Positions 34,704 through 45,539 of a DNA stretch of 64,000 nucleotides are shown one piece after another. The notes below the pieces were generated by a model that saw only the letters and a program-made list of their open reading frames with translations, did not search any database and was not told where the DNA came from. The DNA comes from an uncultured Candidatus Saccharibacteria bacterium (GTDB taxonomy: Bacteria > Patescibacteriota > Saccharimonadia > Saccharimonadales > CAZICT01). Positions within the stretch are counted from its first letter, which is position 1; every line of letters starts with the position of its first letter. The position numbers and the translations under genes are program-made. Location: the NCBI GenBank assembly GCA_964537935.1, contig CAZICT010000001.1:6870-70869 (forward strand). Reading direction: 5' to 3'.

Positions 34704-35942
34704 ATGTCCAAACTACTAGCTAACCTTCTAGCTGCCCGCGAGCCTTTGTTTTCACTATCGATCCAAGAACTTGAAAGGGCTAGCGGCAACTCAGGCGTAG
34801 ATGTGCGTCTGACTGCTGAAATAATTCAAGTCAACCACCAAAAAATACGTGAACTCGGACTCGATCCGCTCGACACCACACCTGCTGAGTTATATCGTGC
34901 TCTTTTGTCTTTAGTTGCCCGACACGATCAATTTTTAGCTAAAAGGATTGGCGCAAAAGACTATCAGAGCGTCAAAAAAACTGTGCCAAAGATCACTGCC
35001 TTCGTTGAATCGCTGGACATTCCAAAGTCTGCGTTGGCCATTAAGCATAGTTCAATCAAACGACTGATCAAGGCCTGTCCACCTAAAAGAGTAATGAAAC
35101 AACTCAACTATCGATCGGTTGATTCCATGTTGAAGCGCGAGCCAGTTGCGCAAATCATGGCTGCTATTGCAGTGCTGGAATCAAGCTCCTGGCAACGAAA
35201 CTTTATTAAAAAATATGCCAAGCTCACTGCTTCAGATTTTGAAATGAGGCCAATTGACATAACAATAATAAATAATGAACGCTGGAATAATCAGGCAGAA
35301 AACTACGTAAAATCAAATCGTAATTGCTTGCTCCCGATCAAGGAAATCGGTGTAATAGCTGTTTTGCCTCTGCCATTTGCCAATATGCGCGGCCTAGTCA
35401 TTACCTTATTCCCAATGCTGTTGCACTATATAAATGAGATTCGACTGTGTAGCTCACTTTTTAAGATGCATCAAATACATCCGGATTTTGGCAGTACTGT
35501 AGCCAACACGCTTCTCCACGAGCCCACGCATCATGCTGTAATGGCCGGACAGCAGATTCGCTGGCGAGTCATCCACCGTTATTTTGGAAAATCCGGCGAA
35601 ACAGAACACCCTGAGATTTTTGAACCGCATCTTCAGCAGGAAGATTTGGTATGGCGACAGGCGGAAGAGGCGCTATACGCGGTAGAGCCAGCATTGCATT
35701 ATTGGCACGGCCTTAGTTATGTCGCACATAATAATCTCAAGCGGCCGATTAGCTTTAATATGTTGGACGTCGCCTTAAATTATGCCAATAATCTTCCGTT
35801 TGGTTCACACGCCATTCATCACTTTAGAGACAGCCTATGGAATGAGATATACCTGAGGTATTTGGCGCAAAGACCCCTAGAGCAACACGTATTAAGCCAA
35901 TTAACGAATAATATTGTAGAACCAGAGATATCGTTACTTTAG
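34704..35942 (+). CDS. hypothetical protein
   Basis: 412-aa ORF, no motif recognised. TATGGT lies 6 nt before the ATG. Confidence 0.55.
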   Translation: MSKLLANLLAAREPLFSLSIQELERASGNSGVDVRLTAEIIQVNHQKIRELGLDPLDTTPAELYRALLSLVARHDQFLAKRIGAKDYQSVKKTVPKITAFVESLDIPKSALAIKHSSIKRLIKACPPKRVMKQLNYRSVDSMLKREPVAQIMAAIAVLESSSWQRNFIKKYAKLTASDFEMRPIDITIINNERWNNQAENYVKSNRNCLLPIKEIGVIAVLPLPFANMRGLVITLFPMLLHYINEIRLCSSLFKMHQIHPDFGSTVANTLLHEPTHHAVMAGQQIRWRVIHRYFGKSGETEHPEIFEPHLQQEDLVWRQAEEALYAVEPALHYWHGLSYVAHNNLKRPISFNMLDVALNYANNLPFGSHAIHHFRDSLWNEIYLRYLAQRPLEQHVLSQLTNNIVEPEISLL

Positions 35943-35953
35943 AAAGGACTGTT

Positions 35954-36544
35954 ATGTATCAAATTTGTGTTTCCGGTGCAGCTAAAGGCAAGAGCGTTGA
36001 AGAGGGAAAAGAGTTGGCGATTGCGGTTGGTGAAGCAATAGCCAAAGCTGGCCATAGTTTGTTGACAGGCGCCACTATCGGCCTGCCAAACTATGCTGCC
36101 GAATCCTACAAAGCAGCCGGTGGCAAGATGAGCGTTGGTATCAGCCCGGCGGCAACAAAGATTGAACACATGATGAAGTACCGGCTGCCAATCGAAGCTT
36201 ACGACACGATTCTTTTCACAGGCCTACATTATGTGGGACGTGATTCGCTGCTTATCGCATCAAGTGATGCAGTGGTAAGTATCGGCGGAAGACTCGGGAC
36301 ACTCCATGAGTTTACAATTGCAATGGAGTCTGACAAGCCGATCGGCTTTTTGCAAGGTGCAGGTGGAGTGAGCACTGAAATTATGGACATTCTACACGCA
36401 GCTGGCGAAGAACACAGTGAAGATGTCGTGTTTAGTCCAGATGCTCAAGAGCTTCTAACGAAGTTGGAGGAGATTCTGGACCACCGAAAACATCTTTATT
36501 ATCGAATGCGAACCGAACGATATAATGGAAGGAAGAAAAAGTGA
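35954..36544 (+). CDS. TIGR00725/LOG-like (SLOG superfamily) Rossmann-fold protein
   Basis: 196 aa. It shows I.VSGAA......G.E.A...G.A.A..GH.LLTG pattern and SDAVV.IGG..GTL.EF, as in the DprA/LOG-related family. Confidence 0.65.
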   Translation: MYQICVSGAAKGKSVEEGKELAIAVGEAIAKAGHSLLTGATIGLPNYAAESYKAAGGKMSVGISPAATKIEHMMKYRLPIEAYDTILFTGLHYVGRDSLLIASSDAVVSIGGRLGTLHEFTIAMESDKPIGFLQGAGGVSTEIMDILHAAGEEHSEDVVFSPDAQELLTKLEEILDHRKHLYYRMRTERYNGRKKK

Positions 36545-36747
36545 TATTCAACGGTCCACTCAAACTCGCAGTTGTTGTAATCATTGCCAGTCTAATTATT
36601 GGCGGTGGATATGTCATTTATTCTCAGTTTTCCAAAACCAGCATCTCATCGTTCGACGAGTGCGTAGCAGCTGGCTATCCAGTTATGGAAAGCTATCCAG
36701 AGCAATGCCGTGCTAACGGACAAACATTTATAAGACAAATTCAGTAA
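36541..36747 (+). CDS. small membrane-anchored protein
   Basis: 68 aa with one TM helix followed by a Cys-containing tail. Its start overlaps the upstream stop by 4 nt. Confidence 0.4.
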   Translation: MIFNGPLKLAVVVIIASLIIGGGYVIYSQFSKTSISSFDECVAAGYPVMESYPEQCRANGQTFIRQIQ

Positions 36748-36784
36748 CCGTTTTAAGTTATTCTGACCATAAGATGATAATAAT

Positions 36785-36793
36785 TGCTACAAT
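36785..36793 (+). promoter_or_regulatory. extended -10 element TGcTACAAT, 7 nt before the uvrB GTG start
   Basis: The sequence tgctacaat-ataagat-GTG(36801) has no Shine-Dalgarno. Confidence 0.4.
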
Positions 36794-36800
36794 ATAAGAT

Positions 36801-38765
36801 GTGGCAAATTTTAAATTAGCATCAGAATTCCAGCCAACCGGTGACCAGCCAGTTGCAATCAAACAGCTTACTGAGGGGTTGAAGGGCGGCGTAAAAGAAC
36901 AAACTTTGCTTGGTGTTACCGGGTCAGGCAAGACATTCACTATGGCGAATGTTGTTCAAAACGTTCAAAAGCCAACCCTTGTGCTTAGTCACAATAAAAC
37001 TTTAGCTGCTCAACTCTATGGTGAGTTCAAGCGGTTCTTTCCTAACAATGCAGTGCATTATTTTGTAAGCTACTTCGATTATTATCAGCCGGAAGCCTAC
37101 ATACCTAGATCTGATACGTATATAGAAAAAGATTCGCAAATCAACGAAGAGATTGATCGCTTACGGCATGCTGCAACAGACGCTCTGTTATCTCGCAGAG
37201 ATGTACTTATCGTAGCAAGCGTGAGCTGTATTTATGGCATTGGTTCAGTTGAAGATTACGGAGACATGTCAATAGTCATTCAACGTGGTGAGCGCCGGGT
37301 GCGTGACAAGTTTCTGCGCCATCTTACAGATATTCAATATCAGCGCAATGACATAGATTTTCATCGCGGGACATTTAGAGTTCGCGGCGATGTAGTCGAT
37401 ATTTTTCCAGCCGGCGAAGAAGTAGCTTATCGGGTGGATTTTTTCGGTGATGAAATAGACAGGCTTACTAAGATCGATCCACTAACCGGTGAAGTTTTAG
37501 CCTCGCTTGATAGTTTGCGTGTTTTTCCGGGTTCTCACTTCGTAACTCCGCAGGACAAGCTAAAGGTCGCCCTTGGTCAGATTCAAATCGAACTTGAAGA
37601 GCGCTTACAGTTCTTTAAGAAAAATAATCAGTTACTAGAAGCTCAACGCTTAGCCCAGCGGACAAAATTCGATCTAGAAATGCTCGAAGAGACCGGTTTT
37701 GTTAAAGGTATTGAGAACTACAGTCGTTATCTTACCAACCGAGAGCCGGGCGAACAGCCGGCGACGCTACTCGATTATTTTCCTGACGACTATCTGATGT
37801 TTATCGACGAATCGCACATGACAGTTCCGCAGATTAGAGGCATGTATAACGGTGACCGTGCTCGTAAAGAGGTGTTGGTTGAGCATGGCTTTCGTTTACC
37901 GAGTGCATTGGACAACCGTCCGTTAACTTTTACTGAATTTGAAAAACATATTAATAATGTTATTTATGTCAGTGCTACGCCTGCGGAATATGAATTAAGT
38001 CGTAGCCCTGAACCCGCGCAACAGGTGATAAGACCAACCGGGCTGCTTGATCCAAACATTGAGGTCAGGCCGATTGAGGGGCAGATCGACGATCTTATAT
38101 CTGAAATTCGTGACACTGTCAGCAAACGACAGCGGGTGCTGGTTACGACTCTAACCAAGCGAATGGCGGAAGATTTAACCGAATATCTCCAGGAAATAAA
38201 TATCAAAGTTACATATCTGCATAGTGATATTGATACGCTTGAAAGGACGGATATTCTTAGAGATTTGCGTTTGGGCACATATGACGTAGTAGTGGGTATC
38301 AATCTGCTGCGTGAAGGCCTGGACCTGCCTGAGGTAAGCCTTGTAGCGATACTTGATGCCGATAAAGAAGGATTTCTTAGAAGCGAACAGGCGTTGATTC
38401 AAACAGTAGGACGGGCGGCTCGTCACATTGAAGGAAGGGTCATTATGTATGCCGATAAGGTTACGAAAAGCATGCAAAAAACCATTGATGAAACCACAAG
38501 GCGCCGGGAAATCCAACAGGAATACAACCAAGAACACGGTATTACTCCTAAAGGTATAGCCAAAACTATAGAAAAAGGGATGCGACCCGATCTTCCGGAG
38601 GAAGTCAAAAAAGCTAAGTTGGATCTTAAAAAGATTCCTAAAGACGAATATAAACATCTAATCAAAGACTTAAGTGCGCAAATGGAGCTTGCGGCTGCCA
38701 ACCTTGAGTTTGAAAAGGCCGCCGAACTTCGCGACATTATCGAAGAAGTGAAAGCAAAGCTTTAG
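36801..38765 (+). CDS. uvrB: excinuclease ABC subunit B
   Basis: 654 aa with F.L.S...P.GDQP.AI, Walker A GVTGSGKT, helicase motifs and a C-terminal UVR domain. Confidence 0.95.
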   Translation: MANFKLASEFQPTGDQPVAIKQLTEGLKGGVKEQTLLGVTGSGKTFTMANVVQNVQKPTLVLSHNKTLAAQLYGEFKRFFPNNAVHYFVSYFDYYQPEAYIPRSDTYIEKDSQINEEIDRLRHAATDALLSRRDVLIVASVSCIYGIGSVEDYGDMSIVIQRGERRVRDKFLRHLTDIQYQRNDIDFHRGTFRVRGDVVDIFPAGEEVAYRVDFFGDEIDRLTKIDPLTGEVLASLDSLRVFPGSHFVTPQDKLKVALGQIQIELEERLQFFKKNNQLLEAQRLAQRTKFDLEMLEETGFVKGIENYSRYLTNREPGEQPATLLDYFPDDYLMFIDESHMTVPQIRGMYNGDRARKEVLVEHGFRLPSALDNRPLTFTEFEKHINNVIYVSATPAEYELSRSPEPAQQVIRPTGLLDPNIEVRPIEGQIDDLISEIRDTVSKRQRVLVTTLTKRMAEDLTEYLQEINIKVTYLHSDIDTLERTDILRDLRLGTYDVVVGINLLREGLDLPEVSLVAILDADKEGFLRSEQALIQTVGRAARHIEGRVIMYADKVTKSMQKTIDETTRRREIQQEYNQEHGITPKGIAKTIEKGMRPDLPEEVKKAKLDLKKIPKDEYKHLIKDLSAQMELAAANLEFEKAAELRDIIEEVKAKL

Positions 38766-39889
38766 CTATCAAGTCGCCGGATTAGGAATTCGCTGGCTTT
38801 ACGCATTTTAGCATTAGCTTTTTCCGGCTTCATCGGCAATATATGCCCTCGCCCTTGTATTATCTCCAGAGATACATTGGCAGGCTGATTGTGTGCAATA
38901 CGTTGCCACATTGGTATTTGGGCAAGCGGATCCTTTTCTCCTGCAATTACCACAGTCGGATATGTGCTGATTACTGATTCGACTTCATTTTCGTTAGTGC
39001 CCTTAAGCAGCTCTAGACCCTGATGTATTAGACAGTTTACATCTCTAAAATTAAGCCCATACCTCTTAATGGCAGAGAATATGAATTGCATTTCACTCAC
39101 CGGCGTTTTTAAGCCAATCTCAATAAAGGCATCAACCGTAAGCTGCCTGGGAAGTTGAATTAACATTGACCGCAGAACGTTTTTTGGATCTACCAGAGCT
39201 GGAGACAGGTACACCAAACCTGCCAGATTAACTGCTTCTGATGAGGGCAGTTTAATATTTTTTTTCGCAAAATGGTGTAACACAACGCTGCCCATTGATG
39301 TTCCTTCACCGAATATCATTGCCTGTCCACTCAAGGCTTTTACTAAAGCTAATCGTTGCTCGGCCATGTCCTCAAATCCGTGAAGGCTGCGCTCGTTCCA
39401 TCCATAGCGGTCACCTGTACTGCCTACACCGTTGGAGCCTACCGAAACTATACGGGCGTTAGGAAATTGATAATGTAGTTGTTCCTGGAAACGTGTGCGG
39501 AAACCACCTTCTATAGTTTCGGTGAATCCCGGGAAGGAGATGATCGTCAATGCTGCCTGATTATCGATTGGGTCGGTAATTTCAACCGCAAACTTATAGC
39601 CGTTATTTTCAATCGCATAGAGCCGATGCCGTGATGGGCTGCTTGCCAGCTGGTTTGAGCTGGTTTCACGAAGGCCTACAAGGGAAATATTGCCTAGGCT
39701 TTGAACCGATCGGTCAACAATCGGATCAATTTCATGAGCAGGAAGCCGATGCAGCGACACGCGCTCACTAATTGATATGTCGCTGTGTTTAGTCAGAGTA
39801 GCTTCAGAGTCGGGTATCGGAAAATCTCGAACTTCAGCAAAGCGATCGATGTTTTTTTCGCTGCTGGAGTGAATGAGATCCGATGTCAT
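38762..39889 (-). CDS. alpha/beta hydrolase fold protein
   Basis: 375 aa with the nucleophile elbow GTSMGS and a late GRGH His motif. Confidence 0.65.
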   Translation of the reverse strand: MTSDLIHSSSEKNIDRFAEVRDFPIPDSEATLTKHSDISISERVSLHRLPAHEIDPIVDRSVQSLGNISLVGLRETSSNQLASSPSRHRLYAIENNGYKFAVEITDPIDNQAALTIISFPGFTETIEGGFRTRFQEQLHYQFPNARIVSVGSNGVGSTGDRYGWNERSLHGFEDMAEQRLALVKALSGQAMIFGEGTSMGSVVLHHFAKKNIKLPSSEAVNLAGLVYLSPALVDPKNVLRSMLIQLPRQLTVDAFIEIGLKTPVSEMQFIFSAIKRYGLNFRDVNCLIHQGLELLKGTNENEVESVISTYPTVVIAGEKDPLAQIPMWQRIAHNQPANVSLEIIQGRGHILPMKPEKANAKMRKASEFLIRRLDS

Positions 39890-39970
39890 AGATCGTTGTG
39901 CCTATATGCTATTAACTTAATACTATTCTCAGGCTGCTTATTTGTAAATTCGTTAGAGCAATGCCACATT

Positions 39971-39979
39971 TGCTATACT
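39971..39979 (+). promoter_or_regulatory. extended -10 element TGcTATACT, 8 nt before the gatC ATG
   Basis: The sequence tgctatact-gatgtgaa-ATG(39988) has no Shine-Dalgarno. Confidence 0.45.
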
Positions 39980-39987
39980 GATGTGAA

Positions 39988-40281
39988 ATGGCACAGATAA
40001 CCAAGGATGATGTATTAAAATTGGCTCGCTTAGCGCAGCTGCAACTATCAGATGAAGAAGTGTCTCATTTTTCAGAAGAGTTAAGTGAGATTCTGGGATA
40101 TGTCGAAAAACTGTCAACAATTGATTTAAGTACCTATAAGCCCACCTATCAGGTGACTGGTTTGGAGAACGTCACACGTCCCGACAAAGTAAAACAATAC
40201 ACAGCATCTCCCGATGATTTGCTTAAAAACGCACCACAGCGCGAAGGGCGCCAGTTTAAGGTCAAGAGGATGATTGGCTAA
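39988..40281 (+). CDS. gatC: Asp-tRNA(Asn)/Glu-tRNA(Gln) amidotransferase subunit C
   Basis: 97 aa. The I....V..LA.LA.L.L.DEE pattern is present and it directly precedes gatA. Confidence 0.9.
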   Translation: MAQITKDDVLKLARLAQLQLSDEEVSHFSEELSEILGYVEKLSTIDLSTYKPTYQVTGLENVTRPDKVKQYTASPDDLLKNAPQREGRQFKVKRMIG

Positions 40282-41706
40282 ATGAGCAGTTGGAAACCAA
40301 TAAGTGAGCTGGCAGATTCCGTTCGATCAGGCAAAATATCGGCATTTAGCTTGGTTGAGAAGTCGTTGCAATGCATTAACGACAAACAGGAATACCAAGC
40401 CATAATTGCCACCTGTGACGAGCGTGCCAAAACTAAGGCAAAAGAAATAGACGAAAAAGTAGCCAAAGGCGAGGATCCGGGACAGCTGGCGGGGATACCT
40501 TTTATTGCTAAAGATAATTTTCTGGCTTTTGGGGCGAACACCACGGCTGCAAGCAACATACTAAAAGGTTTTGATGCACCATATCAGGCAACAGCAATAG
40601 AGCGGCTTGAGGCTGCCGGGGCTATCTGTGTTGCCAAAGCAAACTTGGATGCATTTGCACATGGATCCAGCACTGAAAACAGTGATTTTATGGTAACTAA
40701 AAATCCTCACGATAAAACCCGAGTTCCTGGCGGTTCATCTGGCGGGTCGGCAGCGGCTGTAGTGCTTGAAATGGCGCCCTTTGCTTTGGGGACAGATACC
40801 GGGGGATCAATACGGTTGCCAGCGGCTTATTGTGGAGCTGTCGGTTACAAGCCGACCTACGGTCTTGTTTCACGAAGCGGCGTTATAGCTATGGCCAGCA
40901 GCACCGACGTGGTTGGGCCGCTTGCAATGCGTGTCGATGATGTGGCGACCGTACTTGATGTAATGAGTGGCCGCGATGAGCTGGATAGTACGACTATTGA
41001 GCGTGACACGCAGCCATACACAGAACTAGATATTAGCTTAAGAGGTAAAAAAATCGGCGTAATCAAAGAGTATGTCTCTGATTCGCTTAACGTTGATATC
41101 AAGAATTCAATTAACGCCGCGCTTGAAAAAATTAAACAAGCCGGCGCAGAAGTTGTAGAAATCAGCTTACCTTCACTTCCCCTCGCATTGGCGTGTTACT
41201 ACGTTATTTGTCCGGCGGAAGTCAGCAGTAATTTAAGTCGTTATGATGGGCAACGGTTCGGTTATTCCGCTGAAGATGCTGAAAATCTGGACGAAAGCTA
41301 TAGTCGTAGCCGTAGTATTGGCTTTGGCAACGAAGCCAAGCGACGAATAATGATTGGTACCTATGTGTTATCGAGCGGATATTACGACGCTTACTATAAG
41401 AAGGCCCAACAGATGCGCACAAAACTGATTGAAGAATTTGCTGCAGCTTTCGAACAGGTCGACATATTGGCTGGCCCTACAGCTCCGTCGACGGCCTTTA
41501 AGATAGGTGAAAATTCTGAAGACCCTCTACAGATGTATTTGACTGACATAATGACTGTTGCTGCCAATTTGACCGGTGTTCCGGCAATCAGTATTCCTGC
41601 CGGTTTGGTTGACAATCTGCCAGTAGGCCTTCAATTAATTGCCCCACAACATCACGACAGAACTTTGTTATCAGTGGCTAAAGAAACGGAAAGGATGATC
41701 TCATGA
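40282..41706 (+). CDS. gatA: Asp-tRNA(Asn)/Glu-tRNA(Gln) amidotransferase subunit A
   Basis: 474 aa with the amidase signature GGSSGGSAAAV and DTGGSIR. Confidence 0.95.
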   Translation: MSSWKPISELADSVRSGKISAFSLVEKSLQCINDKQEYQAIIATCDERAKTKAKEIDEKVAKGEDPGQLAGIPFIAKDNFLAFGANTTAASNILKGFDAPYQATAIERLEAAGAICVAKANLDAFAHGSSTENSDFMVTKNPHDKTRVPGGSSGGSAAAVVLEMAPFALGTDTGGSIRLPAAYCGAVGYKPTYGLVSRSGVIAMASSTDVVGPLAMRVDDVATVLDVMSGRDELDSTTIERDTQPYTELDISLRGKKIGVIKEYVSDSLNVDIKNSINAALEKIKQAGAEVVEISLPSLPLALACYYVICPAEVSSNLSRYDGQRFGYSAEDAENLDESYSRSRSIGFGNEAKRRIMIGTYVLSSGYYDAYYKKAQQMRTKLIEEFAAAFEQVDILAGPTAPSTAFKIGENSEDPLQMYLTDIMTVAANLTGVPAISIPAGLVDNLPVGLQLIAPQHHDRTLLSVAKETERMIS

Positions 41707-42134
41707 CACCTGAAGCTATTTTTGTCAGCGTGATTGCCGGACTAATCGTCATTCTGTCTGCTCTTATCATAATTGCCAAGAAGCCCAAGCGTCTTAAGAA
41801 GGAAAAGTACACATATGACTGGCGGGAGCTTCAAAAGCTTTGCAAAGACAAATCGTGTTGGCCGGAGGCCATTATCGCAGCCGATCGATTGCTCGATAAA
41901 GCCCTGAAAAAGCGTAAGTTCAGTGGCAAATCTATGGGCGAAAGAATGGTTTCAGCTCAAAAGGTATTCAGTGATAATGATGGTGTTTGGTTTGCTCATA
42001 ATCTTTATAAAAAGGTAGTTGCTGATCCTGAATTTAAGATAAAAGAAGCCGACGTCAAAGATGCACTGGTTGGTTTTAGGCAAGCACTACGCGACTTAGG
42101 AGCGCTAGAAAATGGTCAGTCAAGCAATACGTAA
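41703..42134 (+). CDS. hypothetical membrane-anchored protein inserted between gatA and gatB
   Basis: 143 aa with one N-terminal TM helix. It overlaps gatA by 4 nt and gatB by 23 nt. Confidence 0.55.
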   Translation: MTPEAIFVSVIAGLIVILSALIIIAKKPKRLKKEKYTYDWRELQKLCKDKSCWPEAIIAADRLLDKALKKRKFSGKSMGERMVSAQKVFSDNDGVWFAHNLYKKVVADPEFKIKEADVKDALVGFRQALRDLGALENGQSSNT

Positions 42135-43581
42135 ACAATACCAAGCCACCATAGGAATTGAATGTCATGTGCAGCTTAAGACTGCTTCAAAGCTATTTTC
42201 AGCGGTCAGCAATGATGCCCGCGAGGCAGAGCCCAACACCCTTATAAGTCACATAGATGTTGGCCTGCCTGGTGCGTTGCCGGTACTTAACGAGAGGGCA
42301 ATTGAGCTGGCTATGAGAGCAGCTTTTGCACTTGGCACGGTGCCGCAGCAATTTAGCAAGTTTGACCGTAAGCATTACTTTTATCCGGACTTGCCGAAAG
42401 GCTATCAGATAAGTCAATTCGATCAACCTATTATTCTTGGCGGGTCGGTTATGATAGCTGTCAACGGAGAAGAAAAGCAAATCGGTATTACGCGCGCCCA
42501 TCTGGAAGAAGATGCCGGTAAAAGTACTCATCCAACCGGAAAAGATTACAGCTTGGTTGACTTAAATCGAGCAGGCACCCCACTGCTAGAAATTGTGTCA
42601 GAGCCTGAAATTCATACTCCTGAAGAAGCCAAGGCTTTTGCCAGAGAGCTTTACCTGTTAATGCGCTATGCGGAAGTATCTGATGCCGATCTTTATCATG
42701 GCAATATGCGCTTTGACGTTAATGTGAGTGTCAGCAAACATGCCGGGCAGCTTGGAACACGAACTGAAACTAAAAATTTAAATAGTTTTAGAAGTGTCGA
42801 AAAAGCGGTGGAGTACGAAATAAATCGACAGATTGAAACACTTGAAAAAGGTGAAAAAATAGTACAAGAAACTCGCGGCTGGGATGATAGCAAGCTTAAA
42901 ACATTTAGTCAGCGCACAAAAGAAGATGCCCATGATTATCGCTACTTCCCTGAACCGGATATTCCACCGATAGTCTTACAGAGTGAAGACATAAAACGTG
43001 CGGAAGCCGGGATGCCTGTCATGCCGGGAGAGTGGCGAGCACGCTTATCAAAGCTTGGACTCGATTCTGCTCAGATCGAAACATTGGTTGAGGGCGAGCT
43101 GGAGAACGAAAATATCAGCCTACTACCACTAATTGAAGAAAACCTTTCGGATCCTGATAAGGCTAAGTTCCTTGCAAACTGGCAAGTAAATATAATGATT
43201 CCTTTACTGAGAGAAAGAGCGGTCAAATTAAGTAATGAAAACAGCAATCGACTGGAACTCATAATTTATGAACTTGTAAAAAGTGACAAATTAAGCTCCA
43301 CGGCCGCAAAGAACTTATTCACCGATCTGATAGGGCAAACCGAGCTTCCAGAAGATATCGAGAGTTATGCCGAGAGCAAAGGGTTAATTCAGGTATCTGA
43401 TGAGTCTGAGATTGAAAAAATAGTGCTAAAGGTCATTTCAGAAAACAACCAAGCGGCTGATGACGTCAGGAACGGAGAAATGAAAGCGATTGGTTTTCTG
43501 ACAGGCCAGGTGATGAAAGCCAGTAAAGGTAAGGCTAACCCTCAGCTGGCCCAGCAGTTATTGCGCAAGCACTTACAGTAA
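42112..43581 (+). CDS. gatB: Asp-tRNA(Asn)/Glu-tRNA(Gln) amidotransferase subunit B
   Basis: 489 aa with IGIECHVQL, YFYPDLPKGYQISQ, R.HLEEDAGK and a C-terminal YqeY-like domain. Confidence 0.95.
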   Translation: MVSQAIRKQYQATIGIECHVQLKTASKLFSAVSNDAREAEPNTLISHIDVGLPGALPVLNERAIELAMRAAFALGTVPQQFSKFDRKHYFYPDLPKGYQISQFDQPIILGGSVMIAVNGEEKQIGITRAHLEEDAGKSTHPTGKDYSLVDLNRAGTPLLEIVSEPEIHTPEEAKAFARELYLLMRYAEVSDADLYHGNMRFDVNVSVSKHAGQLGTRTETKNLNSFRSVEKAVEYEINRQIETLEKGEKIVQETRGWDDSKLKTFSQRTKEDAHDYRYFPEPDIPPIVLQSEDIKRAEAGMPVMPGEWRARLSKLGLDSAQIETLVEGELENENISLLPLIEENLSDPDKAKFLANWQVNIMIPLLRERAVKLSNENSNRLELIIYELVKSDKLSSTAAKNLFTDLIGQTELPEDIESYAESKGLIQVSDESEIEKIVLKVISENNQAADDVRNGEMKAIGFLTGQVMKASKGKANPQLAQQLLRKHLQ

Positions 43582-43604
43582 CCGCCAGCCAAAAAGGAGC
43601 AACA

Positions 43605-44495
43605 ATGAACAAAGTTAGAAAAGCAGTTATTGCAGCGGCAGGGTTTGGAACGCGTTTTTTGCCGCAGACCAAAGCTATGCCCAAAGAAATGCTGCCACTG
43701 GTCGATAAGCCGATCATCCAGTATATCGTTGAAGAGCTGGTTGAAGCCGGTATAGAAGACATCGTGATAGTCACCGGTTATCACAAACGTTCAATTGAGG
43801 ATCATTTTGATGCAATTAGTGCTGATTTAAGAGCAAATTTAGAACAGGGCAATAAAAACGAACTACTTAGGCAGGTTGACCGTGTCTCGAAGCTGGCTAA
43901 CTTTGTTTACATTCGCCAAAAAGGTCCGTACGGTAATGCCACGCCGGTTTATAACGCGTCTCACCTCATTGGCGATGAGCCATTCATATACACTTTTGCC
44001 GATGATTTTATTGTGGCTAGACCATCTCGTTTTAAGCAAATGATAGAAACGTATCAAAAAACCGGCAATAGCGTGCTGCCTTGCATAAGGCTAATAAATG
44101 ACGAAGATTATAGCCGCTATGGAATAGTCGCCGGTAAAGAAATTGAACCAGGTTTGATATCTTTAGATACGATCATAGAAAAGCCCGGCAAGAAATCAGC
44201 ACCGAGTAATCTAGCAAGCGTAACCGGATATCTGCTTACTCCCGATATATTTTCCTATCTTACAGCCACGCGTCAAACCATAGCCAAAGGAAAAGAATTT
44301 TATATCCAGGACGCAATGCAAAAAATGATCTCCGACGGACATACCCTGCTCGCCAAAGAAATTACAGACGGCAGATATTACGATACCGGGAATAAGTTAG
44401 AATATGTGAAAACTGTCGTCGACTTTGCTTTGCAGCACGAAGACATAAATACTGAATTTGCCGCCTACCTCAAGAATGTAGCCAAAGAGCTCTAG
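43605..44495 (+). CDS. galU: UTP--glucose-1-phosphate uridylyltransferase
   Basis: 296 aa with the N-terminal KAVI.AAG.GTRFLP.TKA.PKEMLP.VDKP.IQY motif. Confidence 0.9.
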   Translation: MNKVRKAVIAAAGFGTRFLPQTKAMPKEMLPLVDKPIIQYIVEELVEAGIEDIVIVTGYHKRSIEDHFDAISADLRANLEQGNKNELLRQVDRVSKLANFVYIRQKGPYGNATPVYNASHLIGDEPFIYTFADDFIVARPSRFKQMIETYQKTGNSVLPCIRLINDEDYSRYGIVAGKEIEPGLISLDTIIEKPGKKSAPSNLASVTGYLLTPDIFSYLTATRQTIAKGKEFYIQDAMQKMISDGHTLLAKEITDGRYYDTGNKLEYVKTVVDFALQHEDINTEFAAYLKNVAKEL

Positions 44496-44520
44496 CTGAA
44501 AATAGTGTATACTATTAACG

Positions 44521-44787
44521 ATGAATACAGCAGAACAAGTCATTCTAATCATACTCGCCGCTACCTTAGCTATATTCCTGATTTTGGCAATTACGGCAAC
44601 GATTAAAGTTATCCAGATTTTGAACCACCTGAAGAGCATAAGTGAAAAAGCTGAACATATCGCCGACAAAGCGGAGGCGGTGGGCGATTTTTTTAGCAAG
44701 GCCGCCGGACCTACAGCGGTGGCGAAGCTATTTGCTAGCATTGCCGAGAACGTATTTGATAGAGACAAGAAACGTAAATCTAAGTAA
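44521..44787 (+). CDS. small membrane protein (DUF948-like)
   Basis: 88 aa with an N-terminal TM helix followed by a helical tail. The family assignment is by resemblance only. Confidence 0.45.
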   Translation: MNTAEQVILIILAATLAIFLILAITATIKVIQILNHLKSISEKAEHIADKAEAVGDFFSKAAGPTAVAKLFASIAENVFDRDKKRKSK

Positions 44788-44798
44788 CGGAGGTAGCT

Positions 44799-45218
44799 AT
44801 GGGAAAAAAGGGTAAAAACTTTGCGATCGGAACTTTGTTAGCAGCTGCGGTGGGCTATATTACGGGTATCCTTACTGCACCTAAAAGCGGCAAGGAGACA
44901 CGTAAAGATATTCATGACGCAGCAGGCAAAGCTAAGAAAGACGCCGAAAAGAAGCTTAAAGAACTTCACAGCGAATTAGACGAACAGATCGACAAAGCAA
45001 AAGAACGCGTAAGCGAACTGACAAAGACCGCAAAAGAAGAGCTGAACACTCTTGTTGATAAAGCACAAGGTGCCAAGCAGAAAGCCAGAGAAACTCTAAG
45101 TTCGATTCATGAAGGCGACGAAAGCGACGATAAAGAGCTGGAAAAGGCCGTCGACGACGTAAATGCGGCCATAGCCAACCTAAGAGATTACCTTGACAAA
45201 AAAAGCAGCACAAAATAG
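44799..45218 (+). CDS. YtxH domain-containing protein
   Basis: 139 aa. The start G...A.G.LLAAAVGY..G.L.APKSGKETR..I is the YtxH signature, followed by a charged coiled coil. Confidence 0.7.
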   Translation: MGKKGKNFAIGTLLAAAVGYITGILTAPKSGKETRKDIHDAAGKAKKDAEKKLKELHSELDEQIDKAKERVSELTKTAKEELNTLVDKAQGAKQKARETLSSIHEGDESDDKELEKAVDDVNAAIANLRDYLDKKSSTK

Positions 45219-45471
45219 CGAACAGAAAAAAATCCGTGCCGAAAATGAAGAGCTTGGCCGGCTGTTAAAGAAAATATTTGAATCGGGCTATCCGAGCAAT
45301 CGCAAGTTCTTATTAATGAACTTCTTAAGAGGCATTGTCACTGGCGTAGGTGGGGTCATCGGCGCCACGGTAATTATTGCGCTTTTGTTATGGCTATTAT
45401 CGTTCTTTGATAGCGTTCCTTTAGTCGGGCCGCTAATTGATAACGTGCAAGATTCTATCGAATCTCGATAA
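45193..45471 (+). CDS. small membrane protein (DUF5665-like)
   Basis: 92 aa with a TTG start. The segment FLRGIVTGVGGVIGATVIIALLLWLL resembles that family. It overlaps the upstream gene by 26 nt. Confidence 0.45.
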   Translation: MTKKAAQNSEQKKIRAENEELGRLLKKIFESGYPSNRKFLLMNFLRGIVTGVGGVIGATVIIALLLWLLSFFDSVPLVGPLIDNVQDSIESR

Positions 45472-45539
45472 TGTTGTAATTAAAAGCGTCGCTATCTTGG
45501 TGATAATTTTCTAAAATAGAGACAATAAGGAGGGTAGCA

